Shown one piece after another: positions 12,351-25,952 of a stretch of 248,000 nt of DNA. The notes under the pieces are model-generated. The model saw only the letters and a list, made by a program, of their open reading frames with translations, did not search any database and had not been told where the DNA came from. The translations under genes were made by a program, and so were the position numbers. This DNA comes from Wallemia ichthyophaga EXF-994 (taxonomy: Eukaryota; Fungi; Basidiomycota): assembly GCF_000400465.1 (NCBI RefSeq), contig NW_008806276.1, positions 20,001 to 268,000 on the forward strand, given 5' to 3'. Position 1 is the first letter of the stretch. Each line of letters starts with the position of its first letter.

Positions 12351-14865
12351 ATGTCAACAGCCAATACCAAAGACAAGGATTTATTTTATAAAATTGATTT
12401 GAGTGAAACCAAGCAGCAGCTAAATGATTTTAATAAAAGGGACAAGAATTTCAACAATTTAAAGTTAGTTTTAAAGAGAATACTGGCGAATGTTACTATG
12501 GGCTATGATTTGTCTGGTATTTACAAGGATGTTGTGCAGCATTTGAGCGTTAAGGATATTCAAATCAAGAAGCTTATTTACTCGTACCTAGCCACCTACG
12601 CTAAACATCGCCCTGATCTCATCCACCATCCCGTTTCTCTCCTTCTCAACGATTGCGCTGATAGGAATCCTTTACTGCGCTCCCTTGCCCTACGCACCAT
12701 GTCCTATATACAACTCCCATACGTTGCTCACTCTCTCATGGACCCTCTCAGGCATTGCCTCTCCGACGCTGATCCTTACGTGCGTAAAACCGCCGCAATT
12801 AGCCTCTGTAAGCTCTACTCTTACGACCCTGCTCTTGTAGAGAAGCACAGCTTGATTAGATTCCTCCGTGACCTCCTCGCTGACTCAAACGCTGCCGTCG
12901 TCGCAAACGCTGTCGCTGCCTTATGCGAAATTGCAAACAAATCCTCCAACATACAGCTTAAATTGAATATTACCATTGCCAATAAGCTCGTGAACGCTCT
13001 CGACGAGTGCTCCGAGTGGGCCCAGGTCTATATTCTCGAATCCCTCCTCCATTTCACCCCTCAATCTTCCCATGACGCTACTCTCCTCATTGAACGCATA
13101 GCCACCAATCTTCAGCACTCTAACAGCGCTGTCGTTCTTTCCTCTACCAAGATCATCATCTATCTCTTCAACTATATCCAAAACCAAGACACCATTTCTC
13201 ACTACTCCCGCAAACTCAGCCCTCCTCTCATAACTCTCCTCTCTTCACCTCCTGAAGTTCAATATGTTGCCCTTCGCAACATCCTTCTCATCATCCAGCG
13301 CCGTCCTTTGGTGTTGCACGCTGACGTCAAAATTTTCTTCGTCAAATACTCCGACCCTATCTACGTCAAGCTGGCCAAACTCGAGATTATCTACCGTCTC
13401 ACGCGTGTCGAGAATTACCGCGAGATTCTCGCTGAGTTGAGTGAGTATGCGACGGAAGTTGATGTAGATTTCGTACGCAAAGCGATAAAGTTAATGGGAC
13501 GACTAGCGATAAAAATTGAGGAAGCGAGTGATGAATGTGTTCGAGTGCTTTTATCTCTCCTCAACGATGGTATTGGGTATGTAGTGCAAGAGGTGATAGT
13601 AGTGATGCGAGACATTCTGCGCAAGTATCCGACACGCTACATCCGCGACTTGCCCGTTTTAACAGCGCAAATTGATCACCTCAATGACGTTGAGTCTCGC
13701 TCAGCGATGATCTGGATGATAGGGGAATATGCTGATATGATACCGCTCTCTCACGAGCTGCTCGACGACTATCTCTTTGCATTCCGCGAAGAGCATGTCG
13801 ATGTACAGCTGTCTCTCCTCACAGCAACAGTTAAGCTCTTTATCAAGACTCCCCATCAGGGTCAGGAACTAGTCCCGCGCGTGCTCGCTTGGGGGACTGA
13901 AGAGATGGATAATCCTGATATACGTGATCGCGCTTTTCTCTACTGGCGCCTCCTCTCTAGTGACCCTAACGCCGCGCGCGATGTGGTGCTAGCTACTAAA
14001 CCTACCATTAGCACCGATGCTGATCGCATGGATCGCTCTCTCCTTGACTCGCTCCTTTTGCATGGTGAGTAGGAACATGAAACCTCACCCACCTCACTTA
14101 GCTCACACATCCCTCTCAGTCGGTGAACTTAGCTCCGTGTATCACAAACAGCCTACGGCATTCATACGCGGCGCTAAAGTTAGATACCTCCCAGACTCAC
14201 CGTGTCTGGATACGCACGCACGCAGAGCGGCCCAGACGGCCAGTGCGCGTCATGAAGCTCCGACGCCGCTACCGAGTGTCCCGTCGCCCGATGTGGCTGT
14301 TGGCGGCGATGGGAGTGGTGGAGGTGAGGGTGCTGGAGAGAGTTTGAGTGTGAGTGTGAACGTGAATAACAGTGCTCACGCTCCAGCTCCCAGCCCCACC
14401 TCACCCACCAACCCCGGCTCAGCTAATGATCTCCACGCCCGTCCTATCTCTGTCGCTGGCGATCTCCTACCGCAGCATCTCACAGACGGTGGGATACATG
14501 CGGCGAATTCAAACAGACTTACGGCTGACTTTGGTCGTTTGAGTGTCGGTGGAGTAGGAGTGGGTGGAATGAGTCCCAGTGGCAGTCTAGGTGTGAATAT
14601 GAATGAAGAGCAACACGCAAACCACTCTCCGCACTCTCCTTCTTCACCTATTTACCCGGATGCTCACTCTCACTCTCTCCATTCCCCACATTCCAACTCC
14701 ACTCCCCCCTCAAACACACCGCACGGAGCTTACACCCAACTCAACCCTAACAGCGCAGAGACTAACGACCCTTCCAACCCTTATGCAGCACTGGGCGATG
14801 CGTTCGACGATACTCCCGTTCTTCACTCGAGAGGTGACCACAATGATTCGCTGTTAGACTTTTAG
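12351..14865 (+). CDS. APL1: Clathrin adaptor beta subunit (AP-2 beta type)
   Basis: Adaptin N domain: LKRILANVTMG, NPLLRSLALRTMSYI, DPYVRKTAA, NPDIRDRAFLYWRLL. Confidence 0.82.
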
Positions 14866-14994
14866 ATGGTTAGATGGTTAGACTCTTAGATTATGGACTT
14901 GGTTGATACATTTTTATACACCAATTAGATATCATGTTTTCACCTATTATATCATACATACACTATTATACATATACACCTGAAAGAACTCCCA

Positions 14995-17225
14995 CTACAC
15001 CCTTCCATCAACACCACCACTCTGATAGTGGTACGACAGCGGGCGTGGCTTGGGTACATAAGTGTCAAAACAGCCTCTGCACCAAACCCAACCGTCAAAG
15101 TCAACTTTAGCGAAGCTATCGAGGTCTTTAGCGCAGCCACGACAGCGCAGACACTTGGAATGGTACTTTGTACCTGCCGGTCCGGGAGTGCATTCGAACA
15201 GTGTCAATTTCTCTCCGCACGACGGACAGCTCGACATGCCGCCAAAATGTGAACGAGAGAAGGGTGATGAGCGTGTAGCCCAGAGGCTTTTTTTAGGAGG
15301 AGAGGGTGTGTTGAGTGTTTTGTGGGATGTCTCACCACCTGAGCCTTTGGGTTGATTCACACCTACACTGTCGCCACTCCCGCGTCGCGCATTGAGCGTG
15401 CTGGGGGATGGTGTCAGTGTTGCATGCACCGCCTTGCCCAATTTGGGCGGTGTGTTGGTGTTGGTGTTGGTGGTGTAGGCATTGCGCAGTCCGGGCGAGT
15501 ATTCTTTGCGCTGGGGTGAGGTCTGAGGTGTGGTGTTCTCCCGGGGTTTGACTTGGGTGCTGCTACTGCCAACGCTACCGAGCGTCCATGTTACTTGCGC
15601 AGGTGCACACTCCTTATGCCCAAGTCTGCCATTTGTAAGCTTCACAACTGATAACTTCCCCTCCGTCCCTTCCCCGGCAAGCGTCTTGCCGCACTGCGCA
15701 CAAAGCAGACAGTCTGCATGGTATGTCCCTTCGCCCGGTACACTGACTATATGTGTTTGTGTTTGCATCTGTTTGTTTGAGTTTGTGTGCATTGCGCTGA
15801 TCGGACGTTTGCACTCGGCGCACTCCTCCGTATTCTCCTTATCTTGATGCACATCTCGCCTTCCACTCAGCTCGTCGTGGAAACTGGTTATGCTCTGCGA
15901 TCGACTGCGCACATTGCTCGGTCTGGGGAAGACATTTGAGTCGAGAGAGTACTTTGAGCTGCGCCGTGAAGCTCGATTTGGTGGTGAGTTAGGAGGAGAA
16001 GCGTACTTCTCGACGCCCTCGAAACCCCTTGCACCGACCAAATCTCTAGCCGACACGCGTCTTTCCTTCTTGTCGTGGTCTTTGACATAATTTTTCTCCC
16101 TCTCCGTTTGCTTTTTCTCGTCGAATTCGATACTGCGGTCGCGCGCAATATCAGCCAGATTCGCCAGACTTTCTCGCTGCTTCGGAGAGATGTTTGACGC
16201 TTCGGTGAGTTCAACGCCACTCAGCTGCTCGCCAAGCATCGAGACGCGACCAGAACGTCTGGGCGATGTCTTCACGTTGCTGTCTGAGTTGATATTTTCA
16301 TTTGCGTTGTTAGGTGCGCTCGCAAGACCTAGTCTGTGGTTCAAATCGCGCATGGCACTATCCATCGACGGCTTTTGGGCGACATTGCGACTCTGTCTGC
16401 GACCACTCTTGCTGCGTCTGATCTGCGCTCTGTATGCACTACCCTCGAAACAATCGATGCAACAAGGCCAGCCATCAAGATCGGTGATAGGATCATTCTT
16501 CAAACTAACCCCGCAACCATCGCAATTGAAGCAGTTTGAGTGGAATAAACCGCACTTTGTGTTGATGTACACACCTTCCACTTTGAGTTCACCAATGACA
16601 GCTTTGCGACAGACAACACAGTCGCCTTTGCTGAAATTGGCGACGTAGCAGTGGTAGCAGAATGCTCTGCTCTCTGTACTGCCAATATCGTCGTGTGGGT
16701 GGATGTAGAGAGTGGAATTGGGTGGAAACGGGGTAGAGCATGACATACATACGGGGTGAGTGGTTGGAGACTCGGGTGAGAGGACGCTGCCAACGAGTTT
16801 GGTGAGTGTACCATCGGCAGTTTCGAGGAGTGGAGAGGCTGGACAAGAATCAGGTAATTGATATTCAACCTGTGGCTGCTGATTACTATCAAACACTTCT
16901 GGTCTGTTACGCCTGTTTGTGTTGTTGTTATTCCTGTTGCTGTTGCTGTTGCTGTTGCTGATGCTGCCGCTCGTGGACTTTGGTGGTTCAACATAACTAG
17001 AAAATATTAGTTGTGACAGCTACACACATACACGCCCAACTCACGTCCTTATCCAGCTATCAGATCTCTTGGTCTGGGATGGCCATTTCACTTGTCCGCC
17101 TGGATTTGGATGTAAATAACGCGAAATTTAAATTAATTCAAAAACCCACCGACTGCTACACCGCCGCACTTTTTACATCTCTCGTCCTTCTTGCAGATAT
17201 CACCACAGCGCGAGCAGAATGGCAT
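14995..17225 (-). CDS. Multi-LIM-domain protein
   Basis: Several CxxC...HxxC..CxxC LIM motifs; first exon MPFCSRCGDICKKDERCKKCGG. Confidence 0.8.
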
Positions 17226-17364
17226 TTGTGGTGGTGTTGGCGGTGGTGGTGGTGGTGGTGGTTGAGAGTTAAGAGGGAAGATTGAGTGATGGCGGAGATA
17301 GCAGGAGATGGCTGGAGATAGATGGAGATAATAAGTCGATGTGCCTCTCTATCCTCAACCACCA

Positions 17365-17946
17365 ATGTCGAGCTCAATCGTCTTTGACCACTTATTCACC
17401 TGCGACAGTATAGACAAAGATGGCAAGAAGTTCGATAGAGGTTGGTTACTTGTATTTTACTAGGCTTCGTCTAATAACCCGTTCAAGTGGCCAGAATCGG
17501 TGCAACTTCGACAACGCCAAACTTGAATTGCATTATTGATTTGCCTGTTGAGGTTTTCAGTTTGGCGGAGAATGAGAAATTCACAATGGCTTTGTCTACT
17601 TCGCTGTCTAATGATAGTACTGCACAAGCCCAGGGACACGGTTGGAGGCCTGTGAGTTGAGAGAGGCAGCCAATCACGCCCACTCATACTTACTTTCACA
17701 GGGCATGGATAACCAAGGTCTGGCTGCCGATTACGAGTATGTCTGTTTCGGCAAGGTTTACAAGTTCGACGAAGGAAAGCAGGAAATAGCGTGTGTAACG
17801 GTATTTACGTTTCACTTCACACTCTCACACTCTCCAGCACTGCTTATATCTCTTTCGGCGGTTTATTACTCGCAATCACCGGTCATGTCCGCTACTTGAG
17901 CGATATCAGCGTAGGAGAGGATCTTTATTTGCTTGTTCGCAGATGA
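17365..17946 (+). CDS. RPB8: RNA polymerase I/II/III shared subunit RPABC3
   Basis: IDKDGKKFDR and LAADYEYVCFGKVYKF motifs, multi-exon. Confidence 0.88.
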
Positions 17947-18058
17947 TTATATTTATTTATTCGTATTAGCATCTTTTTGCGACTGTTTAGGCTTATTTAC
18001 GCTTATTTTAAGCCTATTTTACGCCTATTTTACACCTATACACCCCTATTTACCCTCC

Positions 18059-21000
18059 TCACTCACCCATTTCTATCTGCTCCCGGAGCATTTTACTCTC
18101 ATCATTCATCGCCGTTATCATTTGCTCGTAACTACGCTCTATCTGCGCTATCTTGCTGTTATGTGCTTTGTGTAGCGCTTCGGTGGATATATTCCCACTG
18201 TTAAACACCGTCTCATCCCCCATACTCTTCAGTTTGGCTTCCGCTGCTGCGCGTCCGTCCTTCTCATGTAACAGTACCTTGCGCAACTCTCCCACTTCAA
18301 CCTCCGCTTGTCTCATCCTCTTCAGTGCCGCATCCAGGTTATTATTCTGTTCCTGCATTTTGTAGTTACGCTCGTTCAGTTCGTCGTTTAGCCCCGTTGT
18401 TGCCTCTGTCATGCTCTTCTGTACTGCTTTCATCGATTCTATATCTCCCATCAGTTTCATGCACTTGGTGCGTGAATCTGACAGCATTCCCTCCAGTCCT
18501 TCTTTGTCTGATGTGTATTAGCAACTACGTAATCTCATTCTCACTTTACCCACGGCTATGCGCAGCTGAAAGCTGCATGAATGAAGATTGTGTTGATTCA
18601 CGCAGCACTTCAATCTCATTTCGAAGCTGAGCCACATCTGAGAAAATTTGTCAGACAAGTGATTTCTTCAAACCCATACTCTCACCCACCTTGCTCGCTA
18701 TGCATGCTCCTCATTCTCTCCTTCACTTCTGCCAACTCCGCACCCATTCTGCTAGCGTCGTCGACCTGTTTTTCGAGCACTGTCACTCTCTCCATAAACG
18801 ACGGCAGCTCTTCCAGTTGCATCTTGAGACTTGCTATTTCGGACGAGCTGTCCTCCTTCGTTCCCTCCAGCTCTTTGATCCTACTGTGCAGCGCTTCCAT
18901 CTCACCACTCTTACTTGCCACATCCTCCTCCAATTTCTGAATTACCTCTTGCGATGAAGCATCGTTTGATATACTTTCGTTTAGGGTATGTAGCTGTTCT
19001 TTTAGATTTTCATTCGAAGCATGTGCTTCGTGGGCTTCTTTTAGTGCTTCTTCGTGTCTGTGTTTGTGATTCACCAATTCAGTTTCTGCCTTGTTAAATT
19101 GACTCTGAAGAGCGATTAATTTCTCCTCCTTTTCATCGCGCTCATGCTGCTCGCGCTCCTGCAGCGCCTGCAGCTCCAGCGTTTGTTGCTCGAGTGTACT
19201 AGCGCGTGTCAGAGCTTCTGCAAGCTTTTTGCTAGTGTCATCCAGTGCCTCCTGCAGTGCGTGTGTGTTATTACCACTATCACTCGCCTTCTCTTGCAGA
19301 CTTTCCATCCTGCTTTCATACGCCTTCATATCCACTTCATGCTGCGCTGCACTCTCTTCCAGCTCCCTGATGCGAGTATTGGCTGCGTCCTGCTGAGTGG
19401 AGAGTGAATCGTAATGAGCAGCGCTCTCCTCCAGCTCTTTGATGCGTACAGCGGCTTTTTCGTGTTCTGCATAAAGCAGCGCATGTTGCGCGGCACTCTC
19501 CTCTAACTCCCTGATGCGTTCGCTGGCTGAGTCGTATTGGGTGTAAAGCACTTCATGCTCAGCTGCACTTTTCTCTAGATCCTTGATGCGCGTCGTTGCT
19601 GCCTTGTGTTCTTCAGATAGTGCGTGGTGTTGAGTGGCACTCTCTTCCAACTCCTTAATGCGAGAAGTGGCTGCCTTGTGCTCTTCAGATAATAGGCCAT
19701 GCTGCGCAATACTCTCCTCTAACTCTTTAATGCGAGACGTAGCTGCCTCGTGCTCTTCAGACAGCGAGCTGTGCTGAGCGGCACTTTCCTCCAGCTCTTT
19801 AATGCGAGTAATGGCTGACTCGTACTCTTCAGATAACAGACCGTGCTGCGCAATGCTCTCCTCCAGCTCTTTAATGCGCCAAGTAGCTACTTGATGCTCT
19901 TCAGAAAGCAAGCTGTGTTGAGCAGCGCTATCATCCAATTCTTTGATACGAGAAACAGCAGCGTCGTATTGTTGAGACAGCAGGCCTTGTTGAGCGATGG
20001 TTTCCTCTAAGTCCTTGATACGAGCACTTGCTGAATCATGCTCGTTGGATAATGAGCTGTGTTGCGCAGCACTCTCCTCCAGCTCCCTGATGCGAATATT
20101 GGCTGCGTCATGGTTTGCAGCTAGCTGAGCGTGTTCTTGTGATACCTCTGACACCTCCTCCAATGCCACTATCTTCTCTTTCAATTGCGCTACGTCCTCT
20201 GCATGTATCCTGAGTTCTGCTACTGTCTGCTCCAATTCCAAAACACGAGTGTTGTGCATGTCCATTTGATCTGCGTTTTCATCGCGTGCTTTGAGAATTT
20301 CTTCCAATTCTTGGATTCGTGTGGCAGCAGTGTTGTCATATGAATCATGTATCTCCAGTATATCCTTCCTTTCCTGCTTATCTTTCTCATACTCAGACAC
20401 TCTCGTCTCAAGGGTTTCCAACATCTGCGCGCGTTCTTCAGCGACAGTATACTCGTGGTCAAGTTTAGCCTGAGTGTCGAGTAGACTCTGCTGGGCGGTG
20501 TGGAGGGCATGCGAATCAGTGTCAGCAGTCTCTCCAGCTTCGAACCCTTTATCGCCAACATGTCCAGCCGCAATGACGCTTTCCAATTCTGCAATACGAG
20601 CATGAGCGTCAGCGTCAGCGTCAGTGTTGGTATTGGCATTGGAATTGGCACTGCGCTCTGCGTCTAGCTCCGCACTGAGTGACTCAATGTGAGACTGAAG
20701 CTGAGCTATCTTCTCCGAGGCGGGAATAGAGCGAGGAGCGCCTGGCTTGCCCATAGCGCTTCCAGGCCTGCCTCCACCCACGGCGCTCCCGGGTCTGCCC
20801 ATTGCACTACCGGGTCTGCTCGGTACATCGTGGGAGAGGGAGCGCGACACGGATGATCTGCGAGTGGCGGATGCGGGCTGGGGCGAGGGTGCAGCCGATA
20901 GCCGCGATGTTGGTCTGTGAGGAGCGTTGGCGCTGCGTGTTGCTGGTGATGGGGTTGGTCTGGGTGCACTGCTGGCACTGCTGGCACTGGTAGTACCGGT

Positions 21001-21229
21001 AGATGTGCGCGTGGTTGTTGCACCGCGTCTGGCGGCCGCTGTCGCTGTAGATGGTGCCACCTTCCTCACCGTCGTCGGCGTGGCGGTCGTCGCTGACTTG
21101 GCTGGCACTCTGCGCGCGCCTGCGGTTACACCTGCTTTCACTCTTCTGTTTACATCGTTAGCGCACTCGTCTTCGCCTTGTTCCGCTCCCGTCTTACGGC
21201 TTGTCTTCTTCTTGCACTGGCGATCCCAT
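18059..21229 (-). CDS. Long coiled-coil protein with basic S/T/A/R/P-rich N-terminus and 24-aa repeats
   Basis: 858-aa main exon; first exon MGSPVQEEDKP followed by a GTAAGA..CTAAC..CAG intron. Confidence 0.7.
19330..20120 (-). repeat. About 11 copies of a 72-bp (24-aa) coding repeat
   Basis: RIKELEESAAQHSLLSEEHxAATS-type units in the translation. Confidence 0.85.
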
Positions 21230-21315
21230 ATCGTGGTTTGAAACAAAGAAAGAAACAAAGGAATATTGTAAATAATTTTATTGTATATTTATTTAGTATT
21301 GATATTACTCGATTG

Positions 21316-22806
21316 TTAACGCTGCTGTCGTTGTCCTTGTTGCCCTTGTTGCCCTTGCTGTCGTGGCCGTTGCTGCTTATATCGAGGCTGTGGAGAGTGT
21401 GGATAGACCATCTGCGGTGATTGGATAGGTGATGCGGCGGCGTTGTGGGCATTGTAAGCACCTAAAGCATCACCTAAACCCCCGGCCACTCCTCCAGTGC
21501 TCCCTCCAAACATCTGCATATGCGCTGCTTGCGCCTGCATTTGCCACTGTATTTGCCACTGCGCCTGCCACTGCATCTGCATCTGCATCTGCAACTGCAT
21601 CTGAGCATTGAATTGCGCATTAAAAGGGCTGTCCCTGCCGGTGTCTACTGGAGGTGGTCGCGTCACGGATGGTGGAGTGCGCGTGTCTGTTTTGGGAGTG
21701 TTATTCCTGCTGTTGTTCTGTGACTGCGATCGCGTAGGTGACTTGGGACGCAAGTTATCGATTTCCTGCGTAAGCGGTACGAGATTTGTTCCATTGTTAG
21801 GGAATCGCTCGCTCCATTCTTTGGCGTCGAACAGCTCGACGCCGTGAGGAGGCGTGTACGGTGTGTCTCCAGCGCTACCTGCGCCCTCCAAACCCACAGT
21901 TAACCAGCCTCTGCGTGCTTCGTGTGGTGTGCCAAATAACGCTAGTCGACGTGTACCACTGCAGAATGTCTCTATCAGCGCTAGTAGCTCGGATGGCTTC
22001 TGCTTCGATGACTTGGCTATGATGGTGTCTACGTCTATGTTGCAGTTGACAAAGTGCGAGTCTGATGCACGGCGTACTGTACCGCGTATGCCCATTAAGC
22101 AGTGCTGTTTGGTACGTTTGAAGAGTGTGTCTGAGGTTTTATCCTCGAAAACCTCGTCATCATTCGCATCCTCCTCATCGGCCGTAGTTTCCACCCATAT
22201 CACATCCTCGGCCCGTCTATACCCCCACCTTGCAAGCAATTCTCTGCCCTTCTCGAGCCCGTCATCGCCACCACTGCCGACCCAGACAAAGACGAAACTG
22301 GGATCAGCCGAGAGCTGGCGGATGGGGAGAGTAGCGAGAGCATCCCAAGTCCATTGAGAACCCTGAACTTGAGCTGACTGTGAGCCTGCCAGTGGAGGAT
22401 CGATGCAAATAACATCAAACTTGCTGCCCAAATTAATAACATCAAACAACCGAGAATGCTCGTGGGGCGATGATGGGATAGCTTCGACCAGGTTGAATGG
22501 GAGGTACGTTGGCGGGTATGAGTGCTTCTCAATGAGCTCCCCTTTCAACGCGAGTAGGTGCTTTAACCGCGGATACTCATCGAATCGCCCTTCTCTGTAC
22601 GCGTTTATGATCTGATCTTGCGGCCGTATTAACGTGTTCACATATGCTAAGCTGAAGTCATTACGCATCGACTCTTCTTTCGCACTGTATCGCTCCCCAT
22701 ATGCTAATCGCTTCTGCTTCTTGTCCTCGGGGAGTTCCTCTGTATACGCTGACGCTGACAGCTTGTCGCCATTCTCAGTCTTATTCTTATTCTCATCCTC
22801 TCTCAT
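21316..22806 (-). CDS. KAR4: MT-A70 family protein, METTL14/Kar4 type
   Basis: FDVICIDPPL, FVFVWVGSG, WGYRRAEDVIWV, HCLMGIRGTVRR motifs. Confidence 0.8.
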   Translation of the reverse strand: MREDENKNKTENGDKLSASAYTEELPEDKKQKRLAYGERYSAKEESMRNDFSLAYVNTLIRPQDQIINAYREGRFDEYPRLKHLLALKGELIEKHSYPPTYLPFNLVEAIPSSPHEHSRLFDVINLGSKFDVICIDPPLAGSQSAQVQGSQWTWDALATLPIRQLSADPSFVFVWVGSGGDDGLEKGRELLARWGYRRAEDVIWVETTADEEDANDDEVFEDKTSDTLFKRTKQHCLMGIRGTVRRASDSHFVNCNIDVDTIIAKSSKQKPSELLALIETFCSGTRRLALFGTPHEARRGWLTVGLEGAGSAGDTPYTPPHGVELFDAKEWSERFPNNGTNLVPLTQEIDNLRPKSPTRSQSQNNSRNNTPKTDTRTPPSVTRPPPVDTGRDSPFNAQFNAQMQLQMQMQMQWQAQWQIQWQMQAQAAHMQMFGGSTGGVAGGLGDALGAYNAHNAAASPIQSPQMVYPHSPQPRYKQQRPRQQGQQGQQGQRQQR

Positions 22807-23087
22807 CTGTACACGTCCTCATCGCCTTATAGGAGGGCTTTGTTGAGCAAATTCTATTTCCTCTGATTAGCTGCAAAATTTTACATTTCTTTTCTTCTCT
22901 TGGATGCTTGTGGGGATTCGTTTGTTCAGCTTCTCTTCTGCGTTTCATTCAGTTTGCTCGGTATTCATGACGTCAACTGGGTCACTCAATCTACGCAATG
23001 AAAAGCCTAGCGCTTTTTTTGAGCGTGCGGAAATTGCAACATGAAGGAAAAAAAAAAACCCCTTTTTTCCAAGAAAAAAGGGAAAAA

Positions 23088-23186
23088 TGGTAGAACTGGG
23101 ACTCGAACCCAGGACGCCTGAGGCAGCCGGAAAACTTAAGATAAATTACTTAAGCCGACCCGAATAACCAACTATCGGATTCTACC
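23088..23186 (-). tRNA. tRNA-Leu(UAA) with intron
   Basis: Acceptor GGTAGAA/TTCTACC, anticodon arm GTCGG-CT-TAA-G, long variable arm, GGTTCGAGTCC T loop. Confidence 0.85.
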
Positions 23187-23549
23187 ATAGCAACAGAATG
23201 GCAAAACCGCCATACTATTCTTGCATAAGCGATATCGGTGGGCATTACATTTATAATTGAATGTGTTAGAAACTCTCAATTTTTCAGAAAGTTTTGTTGG
23301 CTGTCAATTTCAGCACTTGTCTTACAAATTTTTAGCCCACACTCAAACTTAATACCTCAGAACTGCGATGAGATGGTTTATGAGGCGTTGTTTACCTCTT
23401 GAAAGTGCGAAAAGTAACAATTTAAAAACAAAGACTAATTTTTACCCCTCGATTACCCCTACACGCTCAAACCCGCACACATAAAGCAGGGTAATTGAGT
23501 TGATACACTTTATCGCATCGACGCTCAACGCACAACACACAACCGACTA

Positions 23550-24278
23550 ATGAATATGTCATTCACGCTGGGATTGATTGTGGGACAGCTCAGCGTGATT
23601 GCATTGCTGATGTTGATAATAAAGTATTTCATATTCAGCGATGTGGATGTGGCGATAGAGAAGCGTCGTCGGAAGAAGATGAAAGGGGAATTGCGCGCGG
23701 AAGGTGAGGAAGGTGAGGAGGATACGAAAGGGAGTACGGAGAAAGAGGAAAGCGTCGAATGGATGAATCTGCTACTAAAATCGTTGTACGCTGTTTATCG
23801 GCAGCATTTCAATAAAGTGGGCAAGGAAAAGATAGAGGAGATGCTAAATAGACGCAGAGGGGGAGTTATGGACAGAATCATCGTCAATGACGTCGGTATT
23901 GGTGACAAGTATCCTAATTTCAGTAATGCACGCTACACACAAGGAAAATGCTACTTGGATTTTGATTATAACGACGAATTGGAGCTGGATGTCACAACGA
24001 AGCTGATGATAAACTACCCGAAGCCGAGATTCGGGAGCATTCCAGTGGACGTGGTGATACGGCTGATAAGGTTTAGTGGGAGTGTATGGGTGGAGGTGGA
24101 TGGAGGGGAAATGACGGTGGGGCTCTCGAGCAACTACAACCTCAACATCAAGTGCCAGAGCTACGTCGGCAGCCGCGCAAAGCTGAAGGATGTGCCCAAG
24201 ATCGAGGAATTGATATACAACAATCTCGACAACATCCTCACCAACAAGCTATCCGAGTATAAATTCAAGATCGTGTAG
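23550..24278 (+). CDS. MMM1: ERMES subunit Mmm1 (SMP domain)
   Basis: SFTLGLIVGQLSV...KYFIF N-terminal TM, ESVEWMN, LKDVPKI. Confidence 0.85.
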   Translation: MNMSFTLGLIVGQLSVIALLMLIIKYFIFSDVDVAIEKRRRKKMKGELRAEGEEGEEDTKGSTEKEESVEWMNLLLKSLYAVYRQHFNKVGKEKIEEMLNRRRGGVMDRIIVNDVGIGDKYPNFSNARYTQGKCYLDFDYNDELELDVTTKLMINYPKPRFGSIPVDVVIRLIRFSGSVWVEVDGGEMTVGLSSNYNLNIKCQSYVGSRAKLKDVPKIEELIYNNLDNILTNKLSEYKFKIV

Positions 24279-24361
24279 CCATTGTAAAATAAAATTGATA
24301 ATCGCCTTCAATTCGGACTCTTTTCAGCGATCATCCGCCATCACCTGCGATCACCGAGTGT

Positions 24362-24950
24362 TTGATGAGCCAGAGCCAACAGCTGCCGACGCTCGAGCCC
24401 AAGGCATACAGTTCACTAGCGATAAACCAGAAGAACATAGTGGAGCTGAGTGGCGACAAGGATTTGTACCTGTTCAAGCTTGACAACATATCCCATCACC
24501 AGCCGAGCGAGCAGACGCAGAAGAAAGAGCCGTCCAAGTCTGAGCTGGTAGCTAGGAGATATATGACAGACTCGACTACGCCGTCTTCGTCGAGGATGTC
24601 GAGTGTGCCGAGCGTGTCGAGCGTGTCCATGTCGACACTATCCACGTTATCAAGGGACAGGGACACCCGCAATCACGCTCACGCTCACAGCCCGACGAAT
24701 CGGCAGCCACTGGCGTGTATCGGGTGCAGGAAGCAGAAACTAAAGTGTTTGGGTGGCAAGCCATGTCAGCGCTGTGACAAGAGAGGTGAGAGTGTTCTCT
24801 GTGGTCCTATCCACCCATCTGACTTTCTCAATTCCAGGCAAAGACTGCGTATACGATACGCAAGTGCGAAGACGTGGCCCAGACAGAATAGCAGGCGGAA
24901 GGCTCAAGCCGGGGAGCTGATGCGATTATATTTATTTTATTACCCTTGTC
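24362..24950 (+). CDS. Small Zn(II)2Cys6 transcription factor (3' end uncertain)
   Basis: ACIGCRKQKLKCLGGKPCQRC binuclear cluster motif. Confidence 0.65.
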
Positions 24951-25014
24951 CATTGTCCATTGTACCTGTACTATCTACACGCTCTTTATTCAGTTCCACC
25001 AACTCAACTGAATT

Positions 25015-25952
25015 ATGTCATTTTTCAAATCCGTCGGCGACAACGCCAAGAAGTTTTCCAGCCAGGGATTCGATATGGCTAAATCTGGCGCTAATTCTGC
25101 TTCCTCTTTCGCAGGCGATATCGCTAAACGACCTGAACTTGATTTCAGTCTGCCGAGGGAATGCGACAAAGCGGCAGAAATCCTTCAGTCTTTTCTAGCT
25201 AATCCGGATGACCCACTAAGTGCACTGAACAGCATTCCCAAAGCTGTACTCGAGCGTGCTAGCGGTTTGGCCGTGTTCAGGATAATCAAGGCGGGTTTTT
25301 TAGTAACGGGCCGCGCAGGTAGCGGTATAGTTATTGCTCGACTAGATGACGGTACTTGGTCAGCGCCCTCGTGTATAGCTACCGGTGTGAGTTGGCTTGT
25401 TTGTTGGCGTGGTTTACACCGTCCACACCCACACCGCACTCACACCCTACACAGGGCGTCGGCTGGGGTTTGGCAGTCGGTGCGGACATTACAGATTTCG
25501 TTGTTGTCCTCAACTCGAAAGACGCAGTTGACGCATTCACTTTGGCTGGCAATCTCACTATAGGAGGTAACATATCAGCGTCGGCTGGTCCTTTGGGTAC
25601 TGGCGGGGGAGTGCAAGCTGCGTTATCCGACCCCTCACCTCTATTCTCGTACTCCAAGTCGCGCGGCCTCTTCGCAGGCGTCAGTCTCGAAGGTACTGCT
25701 ATCATGGAGCGGAGAGATACAAACAGTGCTTTCTACGGCACTTCTATCCCCGCTAAAGACATTCTCGGCGGTCGTATACCCCCTCCCCAAATTGGTGAGA
25801 AGATGTACACCGTTATCGAGAACGCGGAGGACGTCGACGAATCGTCTGTGCCTTCTCGAACTCATGTTCCCCCTCCGCCACCCGGTAACTCCTCACAATC
25901 ACCTGCAACGTCTAGAGGACAGACCCTTTTCGACGCTGAAGGTAGATCTTGA
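25015..25952 (+). CDS. YSC84: SYLF/Ysc84 domain protein
   Basis: IPKAVLERASGLAVF, GRAGSGIVIARL, YSKSRGLFAGVSLEG. Confidence 0.85.

Noticed and set aside
21316-22806. DPPL motif suggesting a catalytically active METTL14
   Set aside because: It lacks the aromatic residue of the DPPW catalytic motif; variation in Kar4/METTL14 at this site is not surprising.
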